Shown: positions 1 through 10,680, counted from the stretch's first letter. The stretch: 55,716 nt of DNA from Patescibacteria group bacterium (GCA_041665505.1 JBAYIR010000007.1:1-55716); one strand, 5' to 3'. Program-made: numbers and translations. The notes: generated from the sequence alone by a model not told the origin.

Positions 1-1
1 A

Positions 2-415
2 ATAGCTATTATAGCTTTACTAGCTGCTGCTACCTTTGTGGCAGTCAATCCAGCCAAGCGTATTGGTGATGCCAATAATGCTCAAAGGTGGTCAGACGTC
101 ACAGCTGTAGCTGATGCTTGGGCTCTTTATTTGGCTGATAATAGTGGCACAGCAGCTACGACAGTAACTAACGGTGTCACTTATGCTGTAGCTACTACTA
201 CCAAAGCGCATGCAGCTACCTGCGGAGCAACTACTACTACTAGAATAGTTAATATGAACGCTCTGGTCACAGCTGGCTATATTGGTCAAATTCCTTCTGA
301 TCCTTCTACTGCTTCAGCTAATACGGAATATTATTTTTATACTGATGGTACAGGACTTATTAAAATAGGAGCTTGTGACACTTATAATAGTGCAGAAATT
401 GAAGTGGTAAGATAA
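2..415 (+). CDS. type IV pilin-like protein, 5' end outside window
   Basis: Frame is open from base 2. It starts inside a hydrophobic prepilin-type helix (IAIIALLAAATFVAVNPAKR), followed by a Thr/Ala-rich domain. Stop TAA at 413-415. Confidence 0.6.
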   Translation: MAIIALLAAATFVAVNPAKRIGDANNAQRWSDVTAVADAWALYLADNSGTAATTVTNGVTYAVATTTKAHAATCGATTTTRIVNMNALVTAGYIGQIPSDPSTASANTEYYFYTDGTGLIKIGACDTYNSAEIEVVR

Positions 416-425
416 AATATTATTT

Positions 426-463
426 AAAAAATCTAGGTAGTTGATTTGAGCCTAGATTTTTTG
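426..463 (+). terminator. intrinsic terminator after pilin-like gene
   Basis: Stem atctagg (431-437) / cctagat (451-457) followed by a T-run. Confidence 0.65.
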
Positions 464-629
464 TTTGCTTATTATAATTTTAAGAGGGCTTAAAAAATAT
501 ATTAATTTAGGGTATAATTTAGCCCGCTAAATCAATTAAAATCATTATACTACAAACAATATTGTAAATATGTTATAATATTAGTAATTTAATAGCAATA
601 AAAAGAATTTAAGGCTTAAATTAAAAAAT

Positions 630-2288
630 ATGGTGAATAAACTAAAAAATAAGTGGATTTGGATTATATTGGCGATAATAATTGTGGCAGTAATTGTTGC
701 TTTTCAATTTTTTAAAAAGCCAGAGTCAAATTATATTACTGAAAAAGCTGCTATTTCAGACATTGTGCAAACAGTGGAAGTGACTGGTTCGGTAGAATCA
801 GCTGATAATATTGATTTAAATTTTAATAAAACCGGCACTTTACAGGCTGTTTTGGTCAAAACTGGTGATCAAGTCAAAAAAGATCAAGTTTTAGCTAGAC
901 TTAATGCTGGTGATGCTGCTTCTCAGGTGGCTGATGCTAGAGCTAGTGTGGAGATTGCCAAATTACAATTAGATCAACTATTAGCTGGAGCTAGTAATCA
1001 AGATGTTGAAGTAACTAAAAAAGAATTGGCCAGTGCTGAGGCTAGCTACCAAAATACTTTAGATAGTTTAAAAAATTTGGAAGAGACGCGTGATCAGGAA
1101 CTAGTAAATTTAAAAGAGGAAGCCAATAATATCCTTAAAGACAAAGAATCTATTGCTCAATTTGCTTTGGATTTAGTTTATGATATTATCATGGACGAAG
1201 ATGCTGATAATTATCTTTATGTCAGCGATGTGGTATTACTTAGCAACACACAAGTTTTATATAGTCAAACTCACAATAATTTTTTGTTATTGGATAGTCT
1301 AATAGCCAAAGCTAAAGTAGGTGATACAGAAGAGATATTAATAGCTACTCAGGCTATGCAAAATAATTTGGCCAATATTTTGCAACTGCTAACTAATACT
1401 TATGAGATAATGGGAGTGACAGTCACTAATTCCGTCTACACTACTACAGTGGTTGATGCTTTTAAAACTAGTATCAATACTAAAGTCACTAGTATTAATT
1501 CCGCTATTTCAGCTGTGCAAACTAGTAGTGCTAATTTGCGCACTAGAGATTTGTATTATCAGACCCAAATTTCAGAAAAACAAAATAGTATCAATTCCTA
1601 TAAAATTGCTATGGATTTAGCTAGAGCCAAATTGGATTTTAAAACTGCTCCGCCTAGAGATTTTGAAGTATCTTCAGCAGAGGCCAATATCAGAAGGGCA
1701 CAAGCTACTTTGGATAGATATTTGAGTAATTTATCGGAAACAGTGATTAGTGCCCCAGTAGATGGCATAGTAATAGCAGTAAATTTTGACGCCGGTGAGC
1801 AAACATCCATGTCTGAACCAGTGATATCTATGATTGGTCTTAGCACTATGCAGATAGAAGTAGATGTACCAGAGTCAGATGTCACAAAATTAGCTGTGGG
1901 TGATCAAGTAGAAATTAGTCTAGATGCTTTTTCATCTGGTGAAAAATTTATTGGTACAGTCACTTTTATAGATCCGGCCGCTACCAATATTGATGGTGTA
2001 GTTTATTATACTACCAAAGTATCTTTTAATGACAAAGATGATCGTATCAAATCAGGTATGACAGCTGATCTTACTATTTCTACTGACAAGCGGGAGGGAG
2101 TATTGACCGTGCCTTCTAGAGCTGTAATTTATAGAGAAGACAAAAAATATATTCAAACCTATGATGGAGTAAATTTGTCGGAGATAGAGGTAACTACAGG
2201 TTTGAGAGGTGATGATGGTTTTACCGAAATTATCAGTGGTTTGGAAGAAGGAACAGAAGTAGTTACTTTTATAAAAGCTACTAAATAA
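630..2288 (+). CDS. HlyD/MacA-family membrane-fusion (periplasmic adaptor) protein with long coiled coil
   Basis: N-terminal TM helix, lipoyl-like motif (GDQVKKDQVLARL), long coiled-coil insert and C-terminal beta domain. First gene of an ABC efflux operon. Confidence 0.75.
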   Translation: MVNKLKNKWIWIILAIIIVAVIVAFQFFKKPESNYITEKAAISDIVQTVEVTGSVESADNIDLNFNKTGTLQAVLVKTGDQVKKDQVLARLNAGDAASQVADARASVEIAKLQLDQLLAGASNQDVEVTKKELASAEASYQNTLDSLKNLEETRDQELVNLKEEANNILKDKESIAQFALDLVYDIIMDEDADNYLYVSDVVLLSNTQVLYSQTHNNFLLLDSLIAKAKVGDTEEILIATQAMQNNLANILQLLTNTYEIMGVTVTNSVYTTTVVDAFKTSINTKVTSINSAISAVQTSSANLRTRDLYYQTQISEKQNSINSYKIAMDLARAKLDFKTAPPRDFEVSSAEANIRRAQATLDRYLSNLSETVISAPVDGIVIAVNFDAGEQTSMSEPVISMIGLSTMQIEVDVPESDVTKLAVGDQVEISLDAFSSGEKFIGTVTFIDPAATNIDGVVYYTTKVSFNDKDDRIKSGMTADLTISTDKREGVLTVPSRAVIYREDKKYIQTYDGVNLSEIEVTTGLRGDDGFTEIISGLEEGTEVVTFIKATK

Positions 2289-2290
2289 TT

Positions 2291-3001
2291 ATGATTGAAT
2301 TAAAAGACGTCCACAAAGAATTTGTAAATGATGAAGTAGTCACCAAAGTGCTTCATGGAATTAATATCAAGATAGAACAAGGAGAATTTTTGGCTATTAT
2401 GGGGCCTTCTGGTTCTGGTAAATCAACCTTAATGCATATTTTGGGTTTTTTGGATACTCTAAGTTCTGGTAAATATTATTTTGATAACAAAGATGTCTCT
2501 AGTCTTGATGATGATACTTTAGCTAAATATCGAAATAAAAGAGTAGGTTTTGTTTTTCAAAGTTTTAATTTATTACCTAAAACTAGTGTTTGGGACAATG
2601 TGCGTTTGCCCTTACTCTATAGTGATGAAAAAGTAGATTTGAAAGTCGTTGATGAAGCTATCAAGAGTGTTGGTTTGGAACACAGGAGAGATCATTTATC
2701 TAATCAGTTGTCAGGTGGAGAAAAACAAAGAGTGGCTATTGCTCGGGCTTTGGTCAATAAACCAGATATACTTTTTGCTGATGAGCCGACTGGTAATCTT
2801 GATTCTAAGTCAGGTATTCAAATCATGGCTATTTTAGCTGAGCTTTCTAAGATGGGTAAAACAGTAATACTAGTTACTCATGAATCAACCACTGCTCGCT
2901 ATGCCAAAAGAATTATAAGTGTCAGAGATGGTTTGATTATTAGTGATGAAATAAACAAAGAAGTGATTAAGACCGAACAAATAAACGGCCAATTAAAATA
3001 A
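2291..3001 (+). CDS. ABC transporter ATP-binding protein (MacB/LolD type)
   Basis: Walker [10 protein letters not shown], signature [15 protein letters not shown], Walker [13 protein letters not shown]. Confidence 0.92.
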   Translation: MIELKDVHKEFVNDEVVTKVLHGINIKIEQGEFLAIMGPSGSGKSTLMHILGFLDTLSSGKYYFDNKDVSSLDDDTLAKYRNKRVGFVFQSFNLLPKTSVWDNVRLPLLYSDEKVDLKVVDEAIKSVGLEHRRDHLSNQLSGGEKQRVAIARALVNKPDILFADEPTGNLDSKSGIQIMAILAELSKMGKTVILVTHESTTARYAKRIISVRDGLIISDEINKEVIKTEQINGQLK

Positions 3002-3019
3002 ATTATAATTTCTAAGATC

Positions 3020-4264
3020 ATGCGCCTTGATTTGAAAACATATCTAGGTATCGTGCAAGCATTAAAGCGTAATAAGATGCGCTCTTTTTTGACTAGTTTG
3101 GGAATTGTGATAGGTATTTCATCGGTAGTAATTATCATGTCTGTCGGAGCAGGGGCCCAGAGTTTGGTGGTCAATCAGATTCAAGGTATTGGAGGAGATC
3201 TTTTGGCTATACTGCCAGGAGCTAGTGATGACAGTGGCCCACCAGCTGCAGTGATGGGTTTAAATATTACTACTTTAACAGCTGAAGATATTGAAGATAT
3301 AGCAGTCAGAGTGCCAGAGATTACAGCGGCGGCTGCTTATGTGCGTGGCGTAGCTACGGCTACTTGGCAGAATAAAACAGACGATACTAGTTTTTTGGGT
3401 ACGACTGGTAATTATATGCAAGTAGAAGAGGGAGCCGAGCTACAAAGTGGTAATTTTTTTAGTGAAGAGGAAGCTCAGTCTACTGCTAAGGTAGCTGTTT
3501 TAGGTAGTAAGGTAGCTGATGAACTTTTTGGAGGAAATAGTGACCCGATTGGTGAACGTGTTAAGATAAATAAAGAGTCTTTTCGAATAATAGGCGTGAT
3601 GGAAGAGAGAGGCACAGCTGGTTTTCAAGATCAAGATGATCAAATTTTTATTCCTATCTCTACAGCCCAAAAATTAATGTTGGGTATTAATTATCTTACC
3701 TTTGCTAGAGCCAAAGTAGCTCCCGGTTCGGATGTAGATTTTGTGATAGAACAAGTAAAAACTGTTTTGAGAGATAGACATGGTGTAGATGATCCACAAG
3801 GTGACGATTTTTCTGTTAGATCATCAGAATCAACTTTGGATACCTTAAAAAGTATTACAGATGCGCTTAATTATTTTTTGGGTATGGTAGCGGCTATATC
3901 ACTCTTAGTCGGAGGAATTGGTATTATGAATATTATGCTGGTTTCAGTAGCTGAAAGCACCAAAGAAATAGGTTTGAGGAAGGCAGTGGGTGCTACTCGC
4001 TTGGATATAAGTTTGCATTTTTTAATTCAAACTATTATTTTGTCATTTTTAGGGGGTTTTATAGGTATAGTATGGGGGATACTGATTTCATTTTTAGCTA
4101 GTGTGGTGGCTCAGGCTATGGGTTATAATTGGGATTTTGTCATATCAGTTGCTTCTATTGTAATTTCTTTGGCTTTTACTATTGTAGTGGCTCTAGCTTT
4201 TGGTTGGTATCCAGCCAGTCAAGCTGCAAGATTAAATCCGATAGAAGCATTACGTCACGAATAA
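3020..4264 (+). CDS. ABC transporter permease, FtsX/MacB type
   Basis: N-terminal TM, large extracytoplasmic domain and C-terminal FtsX-like 3-TM block (GGIGIMNIMLVSVAESTKEIGLRKAVGA). Confidence 0.85.
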   Translation: MRLDLKTYLGIVQALKRNKMRSFLTSLGIVIGISSVVIIMSVGAGAQSLVVNQIQGIGGDLLAILPGASDDSGPPAAVMGLNITTLTAEDIEDIAVRVPEITAAAAYVRGVATATWQNKTDDTSFLGTTGNYMQVEEGAELQSGNFFSEEEAQSTAKVAVLGSKVADELFGGNSDPIGERVKINKESFRIIGVMEERGTAGFQDQDDQIFIPISTAQKLMLGINYLTFARAKVAPGSDVDFVIEQVKTVLRDRHGVDDPQGDDFSVRSSESTLDTLKSITDALNYFLGMVAAISLLVGGIGIMNIMLVSVAESTKEIGLRKAVGATRLDISLHFLIQTIILSFLGGFIGIVWGILISFLASVVAQAMGYNWDFVISVASIVISLAFTIVVALAFGWYPASQAARLNPIEALRHE

Positions 4265-4267
4265 TAT

Positions 4268-5503
4268 ATGAAAGCGCATAATATAATTAAAATAGCTACT
4301 AATGCTTTGAGCAAAAATAAGTTTAGAACTTTTTTGACTATTTTAGGCGTGATGATAGGCATCAGCTCGGTAACGGTGATAATTTCAGCTGGCGATAGCA
4401 TCCAAGGTTTGGTCTACAATCAAGTAGCTAGTTTTGGTTCAAATTTTATTCAAACTGAAGTCAGGGTGCCTGCTACTAGTGGTGGAGCTACTAGCCAAGC
4501 ACAAGGTGTAGCTATCACTACTATGAAAGATAGTGACAGAGAAGATATATTAGAGTTGCCTTATATTGATAAGGCTTATTCAGCTGTCACGGCTCAAGAA
4601 ATTATCTCTTGGCAAGGGGAAGTTAAAAAATCTTTAATTTATGGGGTGACTGAGGATTATATTGATATTGATAGCACAGAAATAGCTGAAGGTAGATTTT
4701 TTACCGATGAAGAAGGAGATGCTTTAGCTAGAGTAGTAGTTTTGGGTCCTAAGATCAAAGAAACTCTTTTTGGCTCTAGCCCAGCTATAGGACAAAATGT
4801 AAAAATAGATAAACAAAATTATAAAGTGATTGGTATAGCCGCTCCTCGGGGGGCAGTATTTTTCTTTGATTTTGATGAACTAGTATATGTGCCACTTAAA
4901 ACTACACAAAAATTTCTTTTGGGTATAGACCACGTCTTATCTATTACTTCTCAATTATCTGATCCTAGCCGTGAGGATGAAGCAGTAGCAGCTATTCAAA
5001 ATATCATGCGAACCAATCATGACATTAGTGATCCTAGCCGAGATGATTTTGAGGTTTCTTCTCTGGCTGATGCTCAAGAGATGCTCAATACTATTATTGG
5101 TGGAGTGACTCTTCTTTTGGTAGCTTTGGCGGCCGTATCTTTGGTAGTGGGCGGAGTGGGTATTATGAATATAATGTATGCCACAGTTTCAGAACGTACA
5201 TTTGAGATTGGACTGCGTAAGGGTCTAGGAGCTAGTAAAAAAGATATTTTACAACAATTTTTGGCTGAGGCAGTAGTGATTACACTACTAGGAGGGATAT
5301 ATGGTATTGCCTTAGGTGTGGCTTTTATTTATATTGTTTATTTACTAGCCAATAAATATAATTTAGATTGGGATTTTTCTATATCAATCATGGGTTTACT
5401 ATTAGCTTTGGGTTTTTCAATGGCGGTTGGCCTTATTTTTGGGCTTTACCCAGCCAAAAGGGCCGCTGACCTTGACCCTATCACAGCCCTCAGGAGGGAA
5501 TAA
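4268..5503 (+). CDS. ABC transporter permease, FtsX/MacB type (paralog)
   Basis: Same architecture as 3020-4264 (GGVGIMNIMYATVSERTFEIGLRKGLGA). Confidence 0.85.
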   Translation: MKAHNIIKIATNALSKNKFRTFLTILGVMIGISSVTVIISAGDSIQGLVYNQVASFGSNFIQTEVRVPATSGGATSQAQGVAITTMKDSDREDILELPYIDKAYSAVTAQEIISWQGEVKKSLIYGVTEDYIDIDSTEIAEGRFFTDEEGDALARVVVLGPKIKETLFGSSPAIGQNVKIDKQNYKVIGIAAPRGAVFFFDFDELVYVPLKTTQKFLLGIDHVLSITSQLSDPSREDEAVAAIQNIMRTNHDISDPSRDDFEVSSLADAQEMLNTIIGGVTLLLVALAAVSLVVGGVGIMNIMYATVSERTFEIGLRKGLGASKKDILQQFLAEAVVITLLGGIYGIALGVAFIYIVYLLANKYNLDWDFSISIMGLLLALGFSMAVGLIFGLYPAKRAADLDPITALRRE

Positions 5504-5531
5504 GTCCTAGACAATTTTAGAGTATCTATTA

Positions 5532-5558
5532 TTAGCACTCCTTGACTTAGAGTGCTAA
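5532..5558 (+). promoter_or_regulatory. CIRCE operator (HrcA binding site)
   Basis: Perfect TTAGCACTC-N9-GAGTGCTAA inverted repeat 19 nt upstream of hrcA. Confidence 0.9.
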
Positions 5559-5570
5559 TTTGTATATAAT
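5542..5570 (+). promoter_or_regulatory. sigma70-type promoter overlapping CIRCE
   Basis: TTGACT (5542-5547), 17-nt spacer, TATAAT (5565-5570). The -35 box lies in the CIRCE spacer. Confidence 0.7.
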
Positions 5571-5576
5571 ACTTTT

Positions 5577-6236
5577 ATGGAGGATAGAAGCCAAAAATTA
5601 TTAAAAGAAATCATTGATATTTATATCAAGACCGCTCATCCAGTTGGTTCGTCTGTTTTGTCCGAGAGCAAAAGATTTGATTTATCTCCAGCCACTATCA
5701 GAAATGAAATGTATGAGTTGGAAGCACAAGGATATATCGCTCAGCCTCATACTTCGGCTGGCCGGGTACCAACTATTATTGGTTACAAATTTTATTTAGA
5801 TAATTTATTGAACGTTAAAACTTTAAATAGCAAAGAAAGTAAAGAATTGCGCGATGCTTATAAAAATGACATGCGTGATTTAGCCAAACTTTTGGTAGCC
5901 AAGACCAATTTAGCTGCCATCGTTGGTTTTTCACCAGGTGATTTATATTTTACAGGTTTATTTAATCTTTTTTCTCAACCAGAGTTTGAAGATTATAAGA
6001 TGGTTCTTTCGATGACCAAAGTAGTTGATTCACTGGAAAAAGCTATGATGGATATTTATACTCAAATAGATAAACCAGTAGTACTGATTGGCAATGATAA
6101 TCCTTTTAGCTCTGATTGTTCGGTTGCTATTACACCTTTGGGGGATAAAAAATTATTGGCTATTTTAGGTCCAGTGCGTATGGATTATAATAAAATATTA
6201 GCTTTACTAGAAGAAACAGTAAAAATTATAAAATAA
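5577..6236 (+). CDS. hrcA: heat-inducible transcription repressor HrcA (short form, 219 aa)
   Basis: N-terminal winged-helix motif (ATIRNEMYELEAQGYIAQPHTSAGRVPT). Sits between CIRCE and grpE. Confidence 0.8.
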   Translation: MEDRSQKLLKEIIDIYIKTAHPVGSSVLSESKRFDLSPATIRNEMYELEAQGYIAQPHTSAGRVPTIIGYKFYLDNLLNVKTLNSKESKELRDAYKNDMRDLAKLLVAKTNLAAIVGFSPGDLYFTGLFNLFSQPEFEDYKMVLSMTKVVDSLEKAMMDIYTQIDKPVVLIGNDNPFSSDCSVAITPLGDKKLLAILGPVRMDYNKILALLEETVKIIK

Positions 6237-6240
6237 TATA

Positions 6241-6750
6241 ATGTCAGATAAAAAAAATAAACCAATAGATAAGTCAGCTGAAAAAAATAAAGATAATCAG
6301 CCTAGTCAAGAAAGTTTAGCCACGGAAGCGGCACTAAATTTAGCTGGCTGGCAAAAAGCTTTAGCTGATTATCAGAATTTGCAAAAAGATATGGACAAGC
6401 GTTTATCTAATATGAATGATTATGTGTCCGCCAATTTTATCTTAGAACTTTTGCCAATTTTTGATAATTATCAGATAGCTATCTCTCATATCCCAGCTGA
6501 TGAGCAGAGTAAATCTTGGGCAATTGGACTTCAACACATACTCAAAATGTGGGAAGGATTTTTGGCTGAACACGGCATAGATAAAATCAAAACTACTGGT
6601 AGTCAATTTGACCCAAATTTTCATGAATCAGTCGGTCAAATCACAGACGAAAATCAAGCCGATCAAATGATTGTGGAAGAAAAATTGGCTGGTTATAGCA
6701 TCAAAGACAGAGTGCTTCGTCCAGCTAAAGTAATAATAATTAATAATTAG
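6241..6750 (+). CDS. grpE: nucleotide exchange factor GrpE
   Basis: GrpE-like coiled coil plus C-terminal beta domain (FDPNFHESV, RVLRPAKV). Located in the hrcA-grpE-dnaK context. Confidence 0.9.
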   Translation: MSDKKNKPIDKSAEKNKDNQPSQESLATEAALNLAGWQKALADYQNLQKDMDKRLSNMNDYVSANFILELLPIFDNYQIAISHIPADEQSKSWAIGLQHILKMWEGFLAEHGIDKIKTTGSQFDPNFHESVGQITDENQADQMIVEEKLAGYSIKDRVLRPAKVIIINN

Positions 6751-6758
6751 AAAAAATT

Positions 6759-7160
6759 ATGCCACTTATACCATGGAGCCCACTTTTAGACACTTTTGAT
6801 GCCTTGGAAAAAGGTTTTAGTAATTTTTTACCGGCTATGGATGTCTATGAAGAAAAAGAAAATGTCATAGTCGAAGCTACTTTGGCTGGTATTAAACCAG
6901 AAGACGTTAATATTAATGTCCATGATGATGTTTTGACTTTAGAAGGTAAAAGAGAAACTTCTAGTGAAGTAGAAGAAAAAAATTATTACCGTAAAGAAGT
7001 GCGTAGTGGATCATTTAACCGCAGTGTTGTTTTACCATCAGCTGTTCAAGCTGATAAAGCTATGGCTAATTTTGAAAATGGTTTGCTCAAGATTGTTTTA
7101 CCAAAACAAACAGAGCCTAAAGCAAAAAGCATCAAGATTAATGTAAATAATAAAAAATAA
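6759..7160 (+). CDS. hsp20: Hsp20/alpha-crystallin small heat-shock protein
   Basis: Alpha-crystallin domain (PAMDVYEEKENVIVEATLAGIKPEDVNINV, GSFNRSVVLP, ENGLLKIVLPK). Confidence 0.88.
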   Translation: MPLIPWSPLLDTFDALEKGFSNFLPAMDVYEEKENVIVEATLAGIKPEDVNINVHDDVLTLEGKRETSSEVEEKNYYRKEVRSGSFNRSVVLPSAVQADKAMANFENGLLKIVLPKQTEPKAKSIKINVNNKK

Positions 7161-7496
7161 ATGATAAATAATTATAATTCACCGCTTAATCTAAAGCTAA
7201 TCAAAAAATGTCCAATTTGTTCATCTGATTATCAAGAATCAATGATTCAAATTTTGGACGAAAATGAATTTGGGGTGCTGACTTATGCCACTTGTTCTAG
7301 TTGTCAGGCCAATTTATTGACCAAGTTTAGTTCACTGCCACAAGGTATTATAGGTAACGCTATACTGACTGATTTAAATCCCCAAGAAGTATTGGATTTT
7401 GCTCTAGGTAATGAGATTGATGCGGACAATGTCTTGGATATCCAAGCTATGTTGTCAAAAAAAGAATTAATCAAAAATTTAAAAAAATTAATATAA
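7161..7496 (+). CDS. hypothetical zinc-ribbon protein inside the heat-shock cluster
   Basis: CPICSS and CSSC pairs. The ATG directly abuts the hsp20 stop codon. Confidence 0.5.
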   Translation: MINNYNSPLNLKLIKKCPICSSDYQESMIQILDENEFGVLTYATCSSCQANLLTKFSSLPQGIIGNAILTDLNPQEVLDFALGNEIDADNVLDIQAMLSKKELIKNLKKLI

Positions 7497-7502
7497 ATAT
7501 TT

Positions 7503-7563
7503 TGTCATCCTGAATTTATTTCAGGATCTGGAGTGCAGATTCCGGAACAAGTCCGGAATGACA
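7503..7563. repeat. composite palindromic (REP/MITE-like) element
   Basis: Two 8-bp hairpins, atcctgaa/ttcaggat (7507-7527) and attccgga/tccggaat (7539-7559), bracketed by tgtcat ... atgaca. Confidence 0.6.
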
Positions 7564-7598
7564 AGGTAAGTTTAAAAAAATTAATATAATAAAAAAAT

Positions 7599-9503
7599 AT
7601 GGGAAAAATTATTGGAATTGATTTGGGAACCACCAACTCCGCTCTAGCTATTATCGAAGGTGGTAAACCAAAAATTTTGGAAAACAAAGAAGGCAACCGT
7701 ACCACACCGTCTATGGTGGCTATTTCCAAAAATGGGGAACGTTTGGTAGGTATTTCCGCCAAGCGTCAAGCAGTCACCAATCCGAAAGGCACTATTTTTT
7801 CAGTCAAAAGATTAATTGGCCGAAAATATAGCGACAGTGCTATCAAAAAAGATATTGACACTGTGCCTTATGAGATTGTGCAATCTGGAGAAGGTGTCAA
7901 AGTGAAGATGGGGGATAAAGAATATACACCTCAGGAAGTCTCAGCTATGATACTACAAAAAATCAAAGCAGACGCCGAAGAGAAATTGGGTTATCCAGTG
8001 ACTGAAGCAGTCATTACGGTGCCAGCTTATTTTGATGATGGTCAGCGTCAAGCTACCAAAGATGCTGGCAAAATTGCTGGCTTGGAAGTCAAACGTATTA
8101 TCAATGAGCCAACGGCAGCGGCCTTAGCTTATGGCTTTGACAAGAAAAAAGATCAACAAGTGGTAGTTTATGACTTGGGTGGTGGTACTTTTGATGTGTC
8201 TGTTTTGGAAGTCTCAGCTGATACCGTGGAAGTAAAAGCTACCAATGGTGATACTCACTTAGGTGGTGATGACTTTGACCAAGTGATTATTGCTTGGATT
8301 TTGAGTGAATATAAAAGACAAGAGGGTATTGATTTATCAGGTGATCCTTTGGCTATGCAAAGACTCAAAGAGTCTGCCGAAAAAGCCAAGACTGAGCTTT
8401 CTTCCTCAATGGAAACAGAAATCAATCAGCCTTTTATTACTACTGATGAATCTGGACCAAAACATTTGGTCATGAAAATTACTAGAGCTAAATTGGAAGA
8501 ATTAGTTGGTGATTTGGTCGAGAAGACTTTAGAACCATGCCGTAAAGCACTAGCTGATGCCAAATTAGAAACCAAAGATATTGAAGAAATAATTATGGTC
8601 GGTGGTATGACTAGAATGCCACTAGTGCAGAAGAAAGTAGAAGAATTTTTTGGTAAAAAACCAAATATTTCTGTTAACCCTGATGAAGTAGTGGCTTTGG
8701 GTGCCGCTGTGCAAGCTGGCGTGTTACAAGGTGATGTCAAAGATGTATTGTTACTTGATGTTACACCATTGACTTTGGGTATTGAGACTATGGGTGGAGT
8801 ACGTACCCCACTGATAGAGAGAAACACTACTATCCCAACTTCTAAGTCACAGATTTTTTCTACAGCCGCTGATAATCAAGACACTGTAGAAATTCATGTC
8901 TTGCAAGGTGAACGTCAGATGGCTCAAGACAACAAGACTTTGGGTAGATTTACTCTTTCTGGTTTGCCACCAGCTCCTCGTGGTATTCCCCAAGTAGAAG
9001 TTAGTTTTGATATTGATGCCAATGGTATTTTAAATGTCAAAGCAGTAGATAAAGCTACTAGTAAAGAACAGTCAATCACTATCAAATCATCTTCAGGTTT
9101 GAGTGATGAAGAAGTAAAAAATATGACCAAAGACGCTGAAATTCACGCCGAAGAAGACAAGCAGAAAAAAGAAGAAGTAGAAGTCAGAAATGGTGCTGAA
9201 AATATTATTTTCCAAACAGAAAAATTCATCAAAGAAAATAAAGACAAATTAAAAGATGATGACAAAAAACAAATGGAAGATAAGATGGCCGCTCTTAAAA
9301 AAGTCAAAGACAGCCAAGATTTAGAGCCGATTAGAGTAGCTATTAAAGATATGGAAGAGGTCGTCCAAAAAATTGGTGCGGCTATGTATCAAGCTGCTTC
9401 CGCTGAAGCTACAGCTAATAAGCAATCAGAAGCTGCTGAAAAGACTGAAGATAAAAAACCAGTTGAAGGTGATTTTGAAGAAGTAAAAGAAGACAAAAAA
9501 TAA
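7599..9503 (+). CDS. dnaK: molecular chaperone DnaK (Hsp70)
   Basis: [17 protein letters not shown] and other canonical Hsp70 motifs over the full length. Confidence 0.98.
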   Translation: MGKIIGIDLGTTNSALAIIEGGKPKILENKEGNRTTPSMVAISKNGERLVGISAKRQAVTNPKGTIFSVKRLIGRKYSDSAIKKDIDTVPYEIVQSGEGVKVKMGDKEYTPQEVSAMILQKIKADAEEKLGYPVTEAVITVPAYFDDGQRQATKDAGKIAGLEVKRIINEPTAAALAYGFDKKKDQQVVVYDLGGGTFDVSVLEVSADTVEVKATNGDTHLGGDDFDQVIIAWILSEYKRQEGIDLSGDPLAMQRLKESAEKAKTELSSSMETEINQPFITTDESGPKHLVMKITRAKLEELVGDLVEKTLEPCRKALADAKLETKDIEEIIMVGGMTRMPLVQKKVEEFFGKKPNISVNPDEVVALGAAVQAGVLQGDVKDVLLLDVTPLTLGIETMGGVRTPLIERNTTIPTSKSQIFSTAADNQDTVEIHVLQGERQMAQDNKTLGRFTLSGLPPAPRGIPQVEVSFDIDANGILNVKAVDKATSKEQSITIKSSSGLSDEEVKNMTKDAEIHAEEDKQKKEEVEVRNGAENIIFQTEKFIKENKDKLKDDDKKQMEDKMAALKKVKDSQDLEPIRVAIKDMEEVVQKIGAAMYQAASAEATANKQSEAAEKTEDKKPVEGDFEEVKEDKK

Positions 9504-9517
9504 TTAATATTTTCTAG

Positions 9518-9554
9518 TGCAGCTACCCTTTGCGTAAAGCTACGGGTAGCTGCA
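9518..9554 (+). promoter_or_regulatory. GC-rich stem-loop between dnaK and dnaJ (no T-run)
   Basis: 11-bp stem tgcagctaccc / gggtagctgca with a 15-nt loop. Confidence 0.4.
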
Positions 9555-9570
9555 TCTTGGATAAAAATAA

Positions 9571-10677
9571 ATGGCCAAAGATTACTATAAAACCTTAGGA
9601 GTTGATAAGACAGCTAGTGAAACGGAAATCAAAAAAGCTTTTCGTAAATTAGCTCACGAGCATCATCCCGACAAAACTAATGGCAATGCCGATAAGTTCA
9701 AAGAAATAAATGAAGCTTATCAAGTCTTGTCCAATAAAGAAAAACGTCAGCAGTATGATCAGTTTGGTAGTGCTTTTGATGGCGCTTCTGGTAATCCTTT
9801 TGCTGGGGGCAATCCTTTTGGAGGAGCCAATATGGGTGGCTGGGATTTTTCTGGAGCCCAAAACATGGATTTTGATTTGGGTGATATATTTGGCCAATTT
9901 TTTGGTGGTGGAGCGCCTAGTGGAAGAGCTAGAAGTCAAAAAGGCCAAGATATTCAGGTGGATATAGAAATTACTTTAAAGGAGGCAGTTTTTGGTAAAT
10001 CAGCCAAATTTTCTTTGCGTAAGCAGACAGCCTGTAAAGCTTGTCAGGGGACTGGGGCTGATAAAGCTAGTTCTTATGAAAAGTGTGGCACTTGTGCTGG
10101 CAGTGGCAAAATTGCTACTACAGTTTTGGGCACTTTTCGTACGCAGACTATTTGTCCAGAATGTTTGGGTCAAGGCAAAGTAATAAAAAATAAATGTGGA
10201 GCTTGCCGTGGTCAAGGATTCAATGAAGAAAATGTAGATATCAAAGTAGAGATTCCAGCTGGTATAGATGATGGTCAGTCAGTGCGTCTGTCTGGTCAGG
10301 GTAATGCTGGAAAAAATGGTTCAGCTGCTGGTGATTTGTATGTCACAGTTCATATTCAAGATGAAGCTGGTTTTGTCCGAGAGGGCAGTGATTTAATTAG
10401 TGAATATAGCATTCCTTTTACTATCGCGGCTTTAGGTGGGGAGCTAGAAGTCAAAACTATTGATGGTCAAGTAAAATTAAAAATTCCCGCTGGTACGCCA
10501 TCTGGTAAACAATTTATTTTGAGAGACAAGGGAGTGACTCATCTTAGATCGCACGGTCGTGGCCAGCAGATAGTGATAGTCAATGTTGATGTGCCAAAAA
10601 AATTGACCAAAAAACAAAAACAACTTTTGGAAGAGTTGAATAAAGAATTTTCGTCTAATAAAAAATCTTGGCTATAA
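9571..10677 (+). CDS. dnaJ: co-chaperone DnaJ
   Basis: J domain with HPD, a G/F-rich linker and four CxxCxGxG zinc motifs. Confidence 0.96.
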   Translation: MAKDYYKTLGVDKTASETEIKKAFRKLAHEHHPDKTNGNADKFKEINEAYQVLSNKEKRQQYDQFGSAFDGASGNPFAGGNPFGGANMGGWDFSGAQNMDFDLGDIFGQFFGGGAPSGRARSQKGQDIQVDIEITLKEAVFGKSAKFSLRKQTACKACQGTGADKASSYEKCGTCAGSGKIATTVLGTFRTQTICPECLGQGKVIKNKCGACRGQGFNEENVDIKVEIPAGIDDGQSVRLSGQGNAGKNGSAAGDLYVTVHIQDEAGFVREGSDLISEYSIPFTIAALGGELEVKTIDGQVKLKIPAGTPSGKQFILRDKGVTHLRSHGRGQQIVIVNVDVPKKLTKKQKQLLEELNKEFSSNKKSWL

Positions 10678-10680
10678 TAT

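Noticed and set aside
7505-7762. 85-aa minus-strand ORF over the palindromic element and the dnaK start
   Set aside because: It is antisense to dnaK and partly encoded by a palindromic repeat.
2649-10215. Nested or antisense ORFs of 60-133 aa inside the ABC transporter, hrcA, grpE, dnaK and dnaJ genes
   Set aside because: They lie within or opposite strongly supported conserved genes and have low-complexity translations.
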